Below, piece after piece: positions 32,441 to 42,245 of a DNA stretch of 64,000 bases. Positions within the stretch are counted from its first letter, which is position 1. Every line of letters starts with the position of its first letter. The stretch is from Clostridiales bacterium (GTDB lineage: Bacteria; Bacillota; Dehalobacteriia; UBA7702): contig JAXGQJ010000006.1 in the NCBI GenBank assembly GCA_040766505.1, positions 35,308 through 99,307 on the forward strand, given 5' to 3'. The notes beneath the pieces were generated by a model. It ran no database searches and had not been told where the DNA came from. It was given only the letters and a program-made list of their open reading frames with translations. Both the position numbers and the translations under genes were made by a program.

Positions 32441-33215
32441 TATCTTACCAGATATCCCCCGTCTACCACCAAAAGATGCCCATTGACATAGTCTGAGGCC
32501 CGGCTGGCGAGAAAGACGGCGGCGCCCATCAAATCTTGGGTTTCGCCCCAGCGCGCCGCGGGAATATGTTCGAGTACTTTTCTATTGCGGTCCGGATCCC
32601 TTCTTGTTTCGGCGGTGATTTCCGTCGCATAATAGCCCGGGGCGATGCCATTGACCTGTATATTGTAGGCCGCCAGTTCGTCGCAGTAGGCCTTGGTAAA
32701 CCCGGCAAGCCCATGTTTCGTCGCCGCATAGGCCGGTGACCATTGGCCGCCGAGATAAGAGAAGAGGGAGCAGATATTGATAATCTTGCCGCTTCTTTGC
32801 GCAATCATGTGCTTGGCCGCGTAAAAACTCAATTCAAAAGCGGCGGTTAGGTTTACGGCAACCATCGGATCCCATTCGTCCCGGCCGAATTCTTCCACCG
32901 CCGCGATTTTGCAGATGCCGGCGCAATTGAGGAGGATGTCGATGCCGCCGAATTCCTTCAGGCAACGCTCTATGACGGCACTGGGAACGCCGTCTTTCGT
33001 GATGTCCGCCTCCATATAGACGTAGCGAACGCCGACCGCTTCCACCATCTGTTGGGTCGCGCCATCTTCAGGAACGATGCCGGCGGCGAGAATATTGGCC
33101 CCGGCCTTCGCCAAGGCGACGGAAAAGGCCTGTTCCAGCCCGGAATTGCCGCCGGTTACCACCGCGTTTTTCCCTTTTAAAGAGAAAAATCCATTGAAAA
33201 ATCGCTGATGCTCAT
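32440..33215 (-). CDS. SDR oxidoreductase, YgcW/KduD-like (frameshift near the 5' end)
   Basis: MSISDFSMDFS..KGKNAVVTGGNSGL, NCAG, YAATK, NGIAPGY, LVVDGGY. Confidence 0.88.
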
Positions 33216-33444
33216 ATTGTCCTTTTCATTCCTCCCTGTTCCTTTGCGCCGTTTGCGCCGCCTTGTCCGCGCCGACGAAAGTGAATGGTTGAAAGGGCCG
33301 CCAACAGGCCTTCGGTTCCGTACCCGTATGGGCGGGAGAAAACGCTGCGACGGCCCCTTTCCGGCAGTGGATTGCTCCGGAACGCCGCGCATTGGCGGCG
33401 TTTACGGGGTTTTTTGAGGGCCGGTTTTCAACCGGCACAGGGTC

Positions 33445-34387
33445 TTATTCCGACAGGAACCCCTTTTCGACCAACCAAGCATGGGCCACTTCATCGGGTT
33501 CCATGCCTTCGCCGTCTACTTGGAAGTTCAGGTTCTGCATCACTTCATCGGTCAAGAGGGCGGCAATGGGATTGAGCAGCCCGGCGATTTCCGGATTGGC
33601 GTCGGTAAATTCCGTCCGCAGGCAAGGCGCCGCATTATAATAGGGAAGAAGCTCTTGTCGTCCTCCAGCAGCATCAGTTCATATTGGGGGATGCGGCCGT
33701 CGGTGGCGAATACCATGCCGACATCGGCCCTGGCCGTCACCGAGGGTCTGGTAGACGATGCCCATGTCCATGGTTACAATGCTTTTGCTAAAATCGGTGC
33801 CATAGGTCTCGACGAGGCCCGGCAGTCCGTCGGGGCGTACGGTGAATTCATGGTCGGCGGCCAGAACCAATTTGCCGGGATTGGCGGTAACATATCTCCC
33901 AGTTCCGAATAGTTTGTAAGGCCCAGTTCCTCGGCCCGGTCGGCTTTCATCGCCAAGGCATAGGTATTGTTCATCGGGGCGAAATCAAGCCGGGTGATGC
34001 CATTGTCGGCATCGGCTTCTTTCACGGCGTCATAGAGTTCTTGGGCGTCGGGAATGATTTCCGCATTGCCGAGGAAGGAGAGCCAGGCGGTGCCGGTATA
34101 TTCCCAATAGACGTCAAACTCGCCATTCTCCAGCGCTGCGCGGCAAACATCGGAACTGGAAACATTTGTTTTGTCCTCTACGGTGTAACCTGCGTTTTCC
34201 AAAACCTGCATGGTGATCTGACCCAAGATCAGCTGTTCGGTAAAGTCCTTGAACCGACTTTGACCGCGACACCGTTGGCTTCGCTGCCCTCATCACCGGA
34301 ATCGCTGTTGCCGCAAGCGGCGAAGGTGAAGGCCAGGGCCAACATTAAGAGCATTGCCAGGGTTTTCCGAATGTGACTTTTCTTCAT
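33445..34387 (-). CDS. Quaternary-amine ABC transporter substrate-binding lipoprotein, OpuCC/OsmX-like (frameshifted)
   Basis: Lipobox FAAC; DVYWEYTGT, NNTYALAM, EFTVRPDGL, LEDDKSFFP. Confidence 0.85.
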
Positions 34388-34449
34388 ACATTCCCTCCTA
34401 AAATAGATTGATTTTATATGTGACCAACAGGTTTTACGAAATGGAAGTG

Positions 34450-35243
34450 GGCTTTGCCGCCATCTTCTTTCTTTTGCGGAAGAGGGGGCGCCGCCGATCC
34501 ACTTTCCACGATGCCGAGCAAATTGTCGATCAGCAGCGCCAGCATGTGGCATAGCTTGCGCCCAACAACATGATTTGCATGTGCGGTTGATGTTTTTGCC
34601 GGCGATGATCAGGTCGCCCAAACCGCCGGCGCCGACAAAGGCGGCGATGATGGCGGTGGCGACATTGATAACCACCGCGGTGCGGATGCCGGCAAAGATT
34701 ACGGAAAAGGCCAAGGGCACCTCGATTTTAAAGAGGATTTGCGGCTTCGTCATGCCCATGCCCCGGGCGGCGTCGATGATCGAAGGGGAAACGCCGGTGA
34801 TGCCGGCGATGGTATTGTTTAGAATCGGCAAAGGAGTAGAGCCAAAGGGCAAAGATCGCGGTTTTGGCGCCGATGCCGAGGATGCCGACGAAGAGGGCGA
34901 TTACCGCGAAGCTCGGTATGGTTTGACCGATATTGACGATGGCGACGATAACGCCCGAAGCCGCTTAAACAGCGGCCGGGTCAGGATTAGGCCGAGGGGC
35001 ACCGAAGTGCAAATCGCCAAGGCCGACGAGATGAAAACGAGATAAATTTGCTGCTGCAAGGCGCGCAGCATCCTAGGCAGCGTGAGAAAAATTGGAAACG
35101 ATGCTGTCCGTCGGATGGTGCAATACATACCAGCCGAGAAAAAAGCCGACCGCCAGGATCGCGACCGGCATGATCCAGTCGGCCCAGCCGATGCGATGCG
35201 GCTTTGCGTTTCGCTGTTTGGCCATTTCCGTCATTTCAGTCAT
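34450..35243 (-). CDS. Quaternary-amine ABC transporter permease (frameshifted; 3' end approximate)
   Basis: LPILNNT.AGI..IIDAARGMGM..EVPLA..IFAGIR..GAGGLG. Confidence 0.8.
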
Positions 35244-36335
35244 TTTGATCCACCGCTGGATACAATTGCGCAATTCCGATCAGGGCTTTTACCCTATTTT
35301 GCTCATCGACGCAGAAGATGCTTTTGTCGCCGGTGCTAAAGAGCAGGCTCAAAGCGTCGTATAAGGTCTGCTCTTCCTGCACCACCGCCCGGTGGCGGCG
35401 CATCCGATCCGCCAGGGGCCGGTCATTTTCTTCGTCGCCGACGGGCAAAAGCCCCAGCGGTAAGGCCATTGCCATCGACGATGCCAATGTCGTGCGGCCC
35501 ACGGGCCGTTCTCTGATAACGGCGAGGATGTCCTCGGCCGCCTCGATGGGGAAGAAGGGGGCGCTGGCGCTGAAACCGCCGCAACGCATCAGTGAAAACT
35601 TTTTCAGGATGCGATTTTGCCCCACCAGGCTTTCCACAAATTCATTGGCGGGGCGGGTCAAAATCTCATGGGGGTACCGAATTGCGTACATTTACCGTTT
35701 TGCATAACGGCGATTTTATTGCCCATTTTCACCGCTTCGTCCATATCGTGGGTGACAAAGACGATGGTTTTTTTCAATTTGGCCTGGATGTTCAAAAACT
35801 TATTCTGTAAGCGCCCCCTCGTAATCGGATCCAAGGCGCCGAAAGGTTCGTCCATCAACATGATCGGAGGATCGCCGGCCAGGGCCCTCGCTACGCCGAC
35901 CCGCTGCTTTTGCCCGCCGGATAAGGCCGAAGGCTTCTTTTTTCCATAGCGGGCCGGATCCAGATCGACCAGGCGCAGCATTTCCCCGACCCGCTCGGCG
36001 ATGCGCTTTTTGTCCCATTTTTTTTCGATCGGAACGGTGGCGATGTTTTTCTCGATCGAATAATGGGGGAAAAGGCCCGTATCCTGGATTACATAGCCGA
36101 TGTCGCGCCGGAGCTCAATGGGGTTGATGTTCATAATGTCCTGGCCATTGACGAGAATCCGGCCGCTGGTGATATCGATCAGGCGGTTGATCATCCGCAT
36201 GGTCGTCGTTTTGCCACAGCCCGAAGCGCCGACCAGCACACAGATTTCGCCGGCCCTGATATGAAGGTTTAAATCGTTGACGACGGCCACATCGCTGCCC
36301 TTATACACTTTGTGCACATTTTCCAACCGTATCAT
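35236..36335 (-). CDS. Quaternary-amine ABC transporter ATP-binding protein, OpuCA/OsmV-like (frameshift at about 35680)
   Basis: GASGCGKTT, LSGGQKQRVGVARAL, LMDEPFGALD, VTHDMDEA. Confidence 0.9.
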
Positions 36336-36370
36336 TTCATCACCTGTTTCTTTAGGTAATCAGCGCTTAC

Positions 36371-37004
36371 CTAGGATATTCGTTTCTCCGCCATCCTCTG
36401 CACCATTTGCAGAATTTTATCGACGACGATGGTAATCAAAGCGACTAAAATCGCCGCCACCAGAACCATATTGCGATTGCCCCGGTTGATTCCCTGAAGA
36501 TATAAACGCCGAGGCCGCCGGCGCCGATATAGGCGGCGATGGCGCCGATGCCGATACCGAGGACGACGGCGGTGCGAATGCCGGCAAACACCACCGGCAG
36601 CGCCAATGGGAAGCGAACCTTGAGATTGATCTTCAAGCGGGTGAGGCCTATGCCCCGGGCGGCGTCGATGATCGATTCATCGATATGGGTGGAGGCCCAC
36701 ATAGACATTGCGGATAATGGGGAGCTGGGTGTACATAACGATAACGGAAAATAACCGGCTTCATATTCAGCCCCATCAGCGGCACCAAAAAGGCAAACAG
36801 CGCCAAACTGGGAATGGTCATTAAAATACCGGCGATATACAAAACGATTTCCGCAAGCCTCTCGTTGCGGGTAATCACATAGCCGATCAGAACGCCAAGG
36901 ACGATGGAAATCGACAGGGAGATCAGCACCATCTCGACATGCTGCCCCAGTAAGGTCAGAATCTTGTCTTGTCTTTTCACGATGAACTCGATCAATTCGC
37001 TCAC
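36371..37004 (-). CDS. Quaternary-amine ABC transporter permease (frameshifted)
   Basis: QHVEMV, TIPSLALF, IIDAARGIG..FPLALPVVFAGIR..GAGGLG. Confidence 0.85.
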
Positions 37005-37148
37005 GGCATTTCCCTCTTTGGCATTCTACTCTAAGTATATTTGGCTTTGCCCGAAACATAACTTTGGCGGCAAAAGCCATTGCCGCTTTAAAAACAGCGA
37101 CGATTTTGTGGCGGTGGCACCCAATTTGCGCTTTATAGGAATTTATAG

Positions 37149-37164
37149 AGCAAGATATATGCCA
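37149..37164 (-). promoter_or_regulatory. Sigma54 (-24/-12) promoter of the ABC importer operon
   Basis: Minus strand reads TGGCATATATCTTGCT, which is GG-N10-GC with TGGCA/TTGC flanks. Confidence 0.7.
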
Positions 37165-37457
37165 ATATCTTGTCTGGTTGCGTCTCCCAGTAAAGAAATC
37201 TTGACAGAAACAGCATATGTCCTTGTTAAAACATTTTCCTATTATAGGAAACGGCGTCGCCGGCGGTTTTTTCGGCGACGCCTCTTGCAAAAACAGTGTA
37301 AAAAGGGCAAAAAGAAAAGAAAGTTTGCGCAAATAAATTTTTCATGCAAACTTTCCTTGCCCGCGATCCCGGGGCGCTGAAACGGAAAATGGGCGGGCAT
37401 AAAAAAGCTTCCCTGCCAGAACCGTCGGGGAAGCGCTTTTGGTTTGGGGGTTGGGCT

Positions 37458-38306
37458 TTAGAGGCCGCTCTGTCCTTTCAGTTGAATCCAAACGGAGTTC
37501 CCGGGGTCGGTGGAGGTCCATTCCCCCGACGGGTAAGCGCAGATATACAAATTGCCATTGCTATAAAACAGCGAGCCTACCGCCGGTTCCGTCGTCCAAT
37601 ACCGGCCATTGTGGTCGCTGTCGGTCAGTGTGGCCGCCGCTGTGTTGACCCGCAACAAACCGTTGGTGCGGCGCAGCATTTCCGCCAGTGTGATGTTTTG
37701 GGCGCCGGAGCCCTGGCTGAGATAAGGATTGCGCACCACGACGTAGACGCCGGTGTCGTCTTGGTATACGGTGCCGTCGGCCAGCTGTTTGCCATAATGA
37801 TCGGCGGCATAGGCCTTGTCCTCCGCCCAATTTCCCGATAGCAAAACGGAGCGGCCGCCGCTGTCGGTAAAGGCCGTATCGCCGATATGGTAGGAACCGC
37901 CGGGGTCGCCGTCGGGATCGCCATCGCCGCCGGGATCACCATCGCCGCCGTTTTCACCGCCCTCACCGCCGTGAACGCTGCAGGCGATGGCGCCGTTTTC
38001 CACGCTGTAAACGCCGCCTTCGGGGCAGTTGAATGTCGAAATATCGTCGACATGCGCCGCTTCCCCGGCCAGAAATGATTCCAGCGTGGTTTCGGGATGG
38101 AGCGTCCGGTAATAGCTGAAATACCGTTGCAGCGATTCGCGGTTGATCTCGCAGATCTTGGCTTTCGTGTCGCCGATATAGGCCGCCAGCGTCGGTACGG
38201 CGACGGCCACCAGGATCGCGAGGATCATCAAAACGATGACGATTTCAATCAGCGTAAAACCGCCACTGTCTTTTTGTTGTTTGATGAGGCGATGGATTGT
38301 TTTCAT
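37458..38306 (-). CDS. Type IV pilin-like protein with a C-terminal globular domain
   Basis: Class III signal G|FTLIEIVIVLMILAILVAVAVP; CPEGG..C.VH; Gly/Asp linker. Confidence 0.88.
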   Translation of the reverse strand: MKTIHRLIKQQKDSGGFTLIEIVIVLMILAILVAVAVPTLAAYIGDTKAKICEINRESLQRYFSYYRTLHPETTLESFLAGEAAHVDDISTFNCPEGGVYSVENGAIACSVHGGEGGENGGDGDPGGDGDPDGDPGGSYHIGDTAFTDSGGRSVLLSGNWAEDKAYAADHYGKQLADGTVYQDDTGVYVVVRNPYLSQGSGAQNITLAEMLRRTNGLLRVNTAAATLTDSDHNGRYWTTEPAVGSLFYSNGNLYICAYPSGEWTSTDPGNSVWIQLKGQSGL

Positions 38307-38368
38307 CGCTTTCTATCGCTTTCTATCCCCCGTTCGGATCGGAACCTTTCCAGCCGATCGCCCGCCGT

Positions 38369-40024
38369 TCAAATGCTTTTATTGATCGCGGCGATAAAAG
38401 GTTCGGTTAAATCGGGGTCAAAATGGGTGCCGGAACAGCGGCGGATTTCCGAAAAAGCCTCTTCATAGGAGCGGCAATTCTGATAGGGCCTGCCGGCGGT
38501 CATCGCGTCAAAGGAATCGGCCAGCGTAAGAATGCGGGCCAGCGGATGAATTTCCTCTCCCTTTAAACCTTCGGGGTAACCGGTGCCGTCGAACTTTTCA
38601 TGGTGCTGCAGCACGATATCGACGATGGCGCCAAGGCCGTCCATCTGCCGGATGATCTCGGAACTGTCCCGGGGATGGCGCTTCATCTCTTCCCATTCCT
38701 CCGTGGAAAGGGGCCGGTCGGAAATGAGCGTGCTCTTGGAGACATTGATCTTGCCGATGTCGTGCAGGTAGGCGCCGTAAATCAACAGCATCTTATCGTT
38801 GCTGTCCATGCCGATATAATCGGCGAAAACCTGGCAATAAAGGACGACCCGCTCCGTATGATTGTAGGTATAGCTGTCCCGGGAGTTGATGACCGTGATC
38901 AGGGATTTTACCGAGGTCATTCCGGCCCCCGACGCGCTTTTCAGCGAATTGAACTGATCAAAGATCGAAGCATAAAGCTCCACCCGGTTGCGCTTGAAAA
39001 ATTTGGCCCGATAAAGGGCCGCGTCGGCGCGATTGATCAATTCCAGCGCCGTATCGTTTTCGTCCAGAAGCTCCGCCACGCCGATGGAAACGGTGAAGGA
39101 TCTGTCGGGCAGCAGTTCCCGGCCGGGAAAGTCATAATCGGCAATGTATTTGCGCAGATTGTCGGCGCTTTGGATCGCCGCGTCCCGGTCGGTTTTCGGC
39201 AGGACAACGGCAAATTCATCGCCGCCATAGCGGCAAACATGGTCGCTTTCCAAAAACTTTTCTTTGATGATCAGCGCCACCTGCTTTAAAATTTCATCGC
39301 CTTGCTGGTGCCCGTAGACGTCATTGTAGATTTTAAAATAATCGATGTCGAGCATGATCAGAGACAGGGGCCATTTCTTTTTCTGGCCCATTTCACATTC
39401 CGCCTTGAGGGCCTCATGAAAATAGCGGTGATTGTAAACGCCGGTGAGACCGTCGATGTTCACATAGCGTTTCAATTCCTCGATATGCTCCCGTTCCAGC
39501 TTGGAATAATAGCCTAAAATCCAGGCGATGACGATGTACATGGCGGCAAGGGCGATATCCGATTGAAAATAGGGGTTCACACCCTTCAAATTGTATAAAA
39601 ACAGATCGAGACTGAGGATGATGGCGGAAGAGCCGATGGCGATGGTCATGCCGGTTTTCATGCCCCGTTCGATCGTATAGGCGACAACAAGAAAAATAAA
39701 AAGGAACTTATAATAGCTCGCATTCGCGCCGCTGACCAAAATCGATGCCAAGCAACGGAAAAGAAAACGACGATTTCTATCGTAGTGGCGAATTTCATCT
39801 TCCTTTGGTTATAGTCCATGATCATCCACATGAAGGTGATGATGGAAACGATGGCCAAAGAAATGATGATGGCGGCGAAATTGATATTCTCCAGGGTGCC
39901 TTTGGTGGTGTCGTTGAAGAAAAATTGAAAGAGAGCATACAGCGCAGAAAAATAAGGCCAGGATTTTGATGGTGAAAAACATGATATTGAATTGAGATTG
40001 TTTCGTTTGTTCCAGGTCTTTCAT
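38369..40024 (-). CDS. Membrane-sensor GGDEF + HD-GYP protein (frameshifts in the N-terminal TM region)
   Basis: Several TM helices; DGLTGVYN, DIDYFKIYND.YGH..GD, RYGGDEF, ADAALY; HDIGK, HHEKFDGTGYP, ADSFDAM. Confidence 0.92.
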
Positions 40025-40184
40025 AGTTTTCCCGCCATTTCAGAAATTAAGAAGTTGCTTGGCCCTTTATCGGTGATGGTTAAGAGCGTAAAAAAAGATG
40101 GAAATAAGGCTTCCCAAAACCATCGGGAAATGAATCCCGCTGCTCCGTTCGGGCGCCATCGGTAAATGCAAATGGTGCGACAGC

Positions 40185-40217
40185 CTGAAGAGAGCCGGTA
40201 AAACCGGCTCTCTTCAG
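40185..40217 (-). other. Perfect 15-bp hairpin just after agrD (no U-tract)
   Basis: CTGAAGAGAGCCGGT-AAA-ACCGGCTCTCTTCAG. Confidence 0.75.
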
Positions 40218-40227
40218 CAATCCGTCA

Positions 40228-40353
40228 TTACAGGTCACGCAAGGATTGTGGTTCTTCCGGTTGATAAACCCACCACCAGCAAGCGGAGGTGGCAACCAGG
40301 GTAGCGGCCAGAGTGGCCAAAACGGAGACAACGCCAAACATTCTCTTTTTCAT
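40228..40353 (-). CDS. agrD: Cyclic (thio)lactone autoinducer peptide precursor
   Basis: AGGAGG RBS; MKKRMFGVVSVLATLAATLVATSACWWWVYQPEEPQSLRDL has a leader, a Cys-aromatic core and the QPEEP follower. Confidence 0.93.
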   Translation of the reverse strand: MKKRMFGVVSVLATLAATLVATSACWWWVYQPEEPQSLRDL

Positions 40354-40411
40354 CTGCAAACCCTCCTTTCTTTTTCGATACTGTATGAAAACCATTGATT
40401 CAGACGAAGCA

Positions 40412-41047
40412 TTATTCATATTGAAATTTACGGTCGATGACGGCGATCAATTTCATTCCAGGATTCGTTAGCATGAAGGTTTGCCAGAGAACGGCGAAGG
40501 CGATGCTCGTTGCGAGACAGTGCAAACGGGGGTATTCCCCGGCCAAATAGACCAAAACCATGGCGATGACAAAGTAAAGGGATAAGGTGATAAAAAGGCG
40601 CCGCGCCGCAGCTGTTTGATTTTTTCCGGCCGCAGGATGGGCTTTATTGGGTGTGTCGATGGGGGCCTTTTTATAGGTCAACACCGCCGAAAAAGCGAAA
40701 ACGACATTTCATAAAGCAAAGAGAGCACGAGGGGATTGGCGATGGGGAACAGATACCTTGCCAAAAATCCCATCAGACAAATGGAAAATATGCTGATAAA
40801 CAGGCAGCCGCTGAAGGTTTGAGAGTGGGCGCCCTCCGGTGGCTCTGCGAAATAAGCCGACGGCAAAAAACATCACCAGGTTTTCGGCCCAAAAGCCACC
40901 CAGGATGCCGACGGCGGATATCACGATAAAAATGATGATCATCTGCAGCAAAGCCGCAAGACCATAGGAGACCACAGCCGTTTTTTCCTCGTCATGGCCA
41001 AGATGCATTGCGATGGTTTCCGCGATTTTATTTGCCAGCTTCTCCAT
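40412..41047 (-). CDS. agrB: Accessory gene regulator B peptide-processing protease (frameshifted)
   Basis: MEKLANKIA..AVVSYGL; reconstructed RRATGGAHSQTFSGC (catalytic His/Cys); AP.DTPNK; LWQTFMLT..G. Confidence 0.9.
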
Positions 41048-41545
41048 TGCGCGCTTCCTTCTTTGTCCTTTTCATGCGGAAACGGTAGACGGTGGTGACA
41101 ATGCCCAACATGTGATGATATTGGTTGGGATGCCGATCAGCGATTTGCTGATTTTGCCGCTGATGGTGTCTCCGCTCTTGTATCGTATTGATCATATCGC
41201 TGCCGAAGATTAAGTTAAGAAGTCCGTAAATTTATAGCTTCCGCTAAAATAATAAGAACCGAGGTGAGCAAAACAGCCAAAACCGTTGGATAGGATGAGG
41301 TTTTAAAGATAAAGATCGCAATAACGCTGAAGATCATCATGATGAGGATGGTATGGAAGCCAAAACTGATCGCGTCGATTTGCCGGACGCCAAACAGAAA
41401 CCAAAGAAAAGAGCAAAATACAGAGAAAGAAATCCTTCTTTGAAAATGGTTTTCCGTTGAAAGCCGCAATGGCTATTACAAACCCCACAGCCTGCAGCAC
41501 ATAACCAAACAAGCCGTCAACTATGAAGAGCTTAACATAATCCAT
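41028..41545 (-). CDS. Stand-alone multi-TM protein overlapping the agrB start (frameshifted)
   Basis: MDYVKLFIVDGLFGYVLQAVGFV..; VRQIDAISFGFHTIL..LIILAE; no cytoplasmic catalytic domain. Confidence 0.7.
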
Positions 41546-41557
41546 AATGTTTTCCTT

Positions 41558-42121
41558 TTACTCTTTGGCTTTTTGTTTATCCCGGTTGACGCTTTTGATG
41601 GTGTAAAAAACAATCAGGGTGATAAATGCGTGAATGAACAGGTCGCCGACGCTCATAATGGAAAAACCGGTATCGATATAGTCCGCCAGAACATTCAGCT
41701 TTGTGCTGCCTGTCATTGGGATGTGGACATTGTCGATGCCCTGGCCCAATGCATCGTTACGGTAATAACGGGTGACCTTGGACAGGGTTGGCAATACCGG
41801 CATCTTTCCGCCATTGGCGGCCATGACGATACGGTTCAGCATACTGCCAATCAAGACGAGACCGGAGCCAAACAAGGCGGGCCCAAAGAGGCGTCTCCTG
41901 ACAATGGGAACCAAAAAGCAATTCAGGATGAAAGCCATCTGAATTTTTGATGCATACTGTACGTAGCTGTAATTGTCAAAGAAAACACTAACTTGAAAGA
42001 ACAGATAGACACATATCTGACGATAAAAAGTGGATAAAGATCAAAAGTTTTAAATATACACAGTAGATTGTACTTTTTGAGTACCTGCTATTAAGAATGC
42101 GGTGAAGATAAATAAAAGCAT
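41558..42121 (-). CDS. DUF5317-family membrane protein (5' part frameshifted)
   Basis: G..LNRIVMAANGGKMPV, H......LNVLADYID.G.SIMSVGDLFI. Confidence 0.8.
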
Positions 42122-42177
42122 CGGATCAAAGTTCCCTTCTCAGTACAGAAATATGTACGTATAAGAAAATCATAATC

Positions 42178-42206
42178 ATTATAACAATAATGTGATTATT
42201 TTGCAA
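42178..42206 (-). promoter_or_regulatory. Strong extended -10 sigma-A promoter of the DUF5317-agrBD operon
   Basis: Minus strand TTGCAA-17 nt-TATAAT with TGn upstream of the -10, in an AT-rich tract. Confidence 0.7.
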
Positions 42207-42245
42207 TATGTTTATTTTGATTTTCCTTTATTTTCGCAAACTTTT

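Noticed and set aside
38306-40227. c-di-GMP riboswitch before the pilin or the GGDEF/HD-GYP gene
   Set aside because: No class I or class II consensus is recognisable by eye, and the gap before the pilin is only 62 bp.
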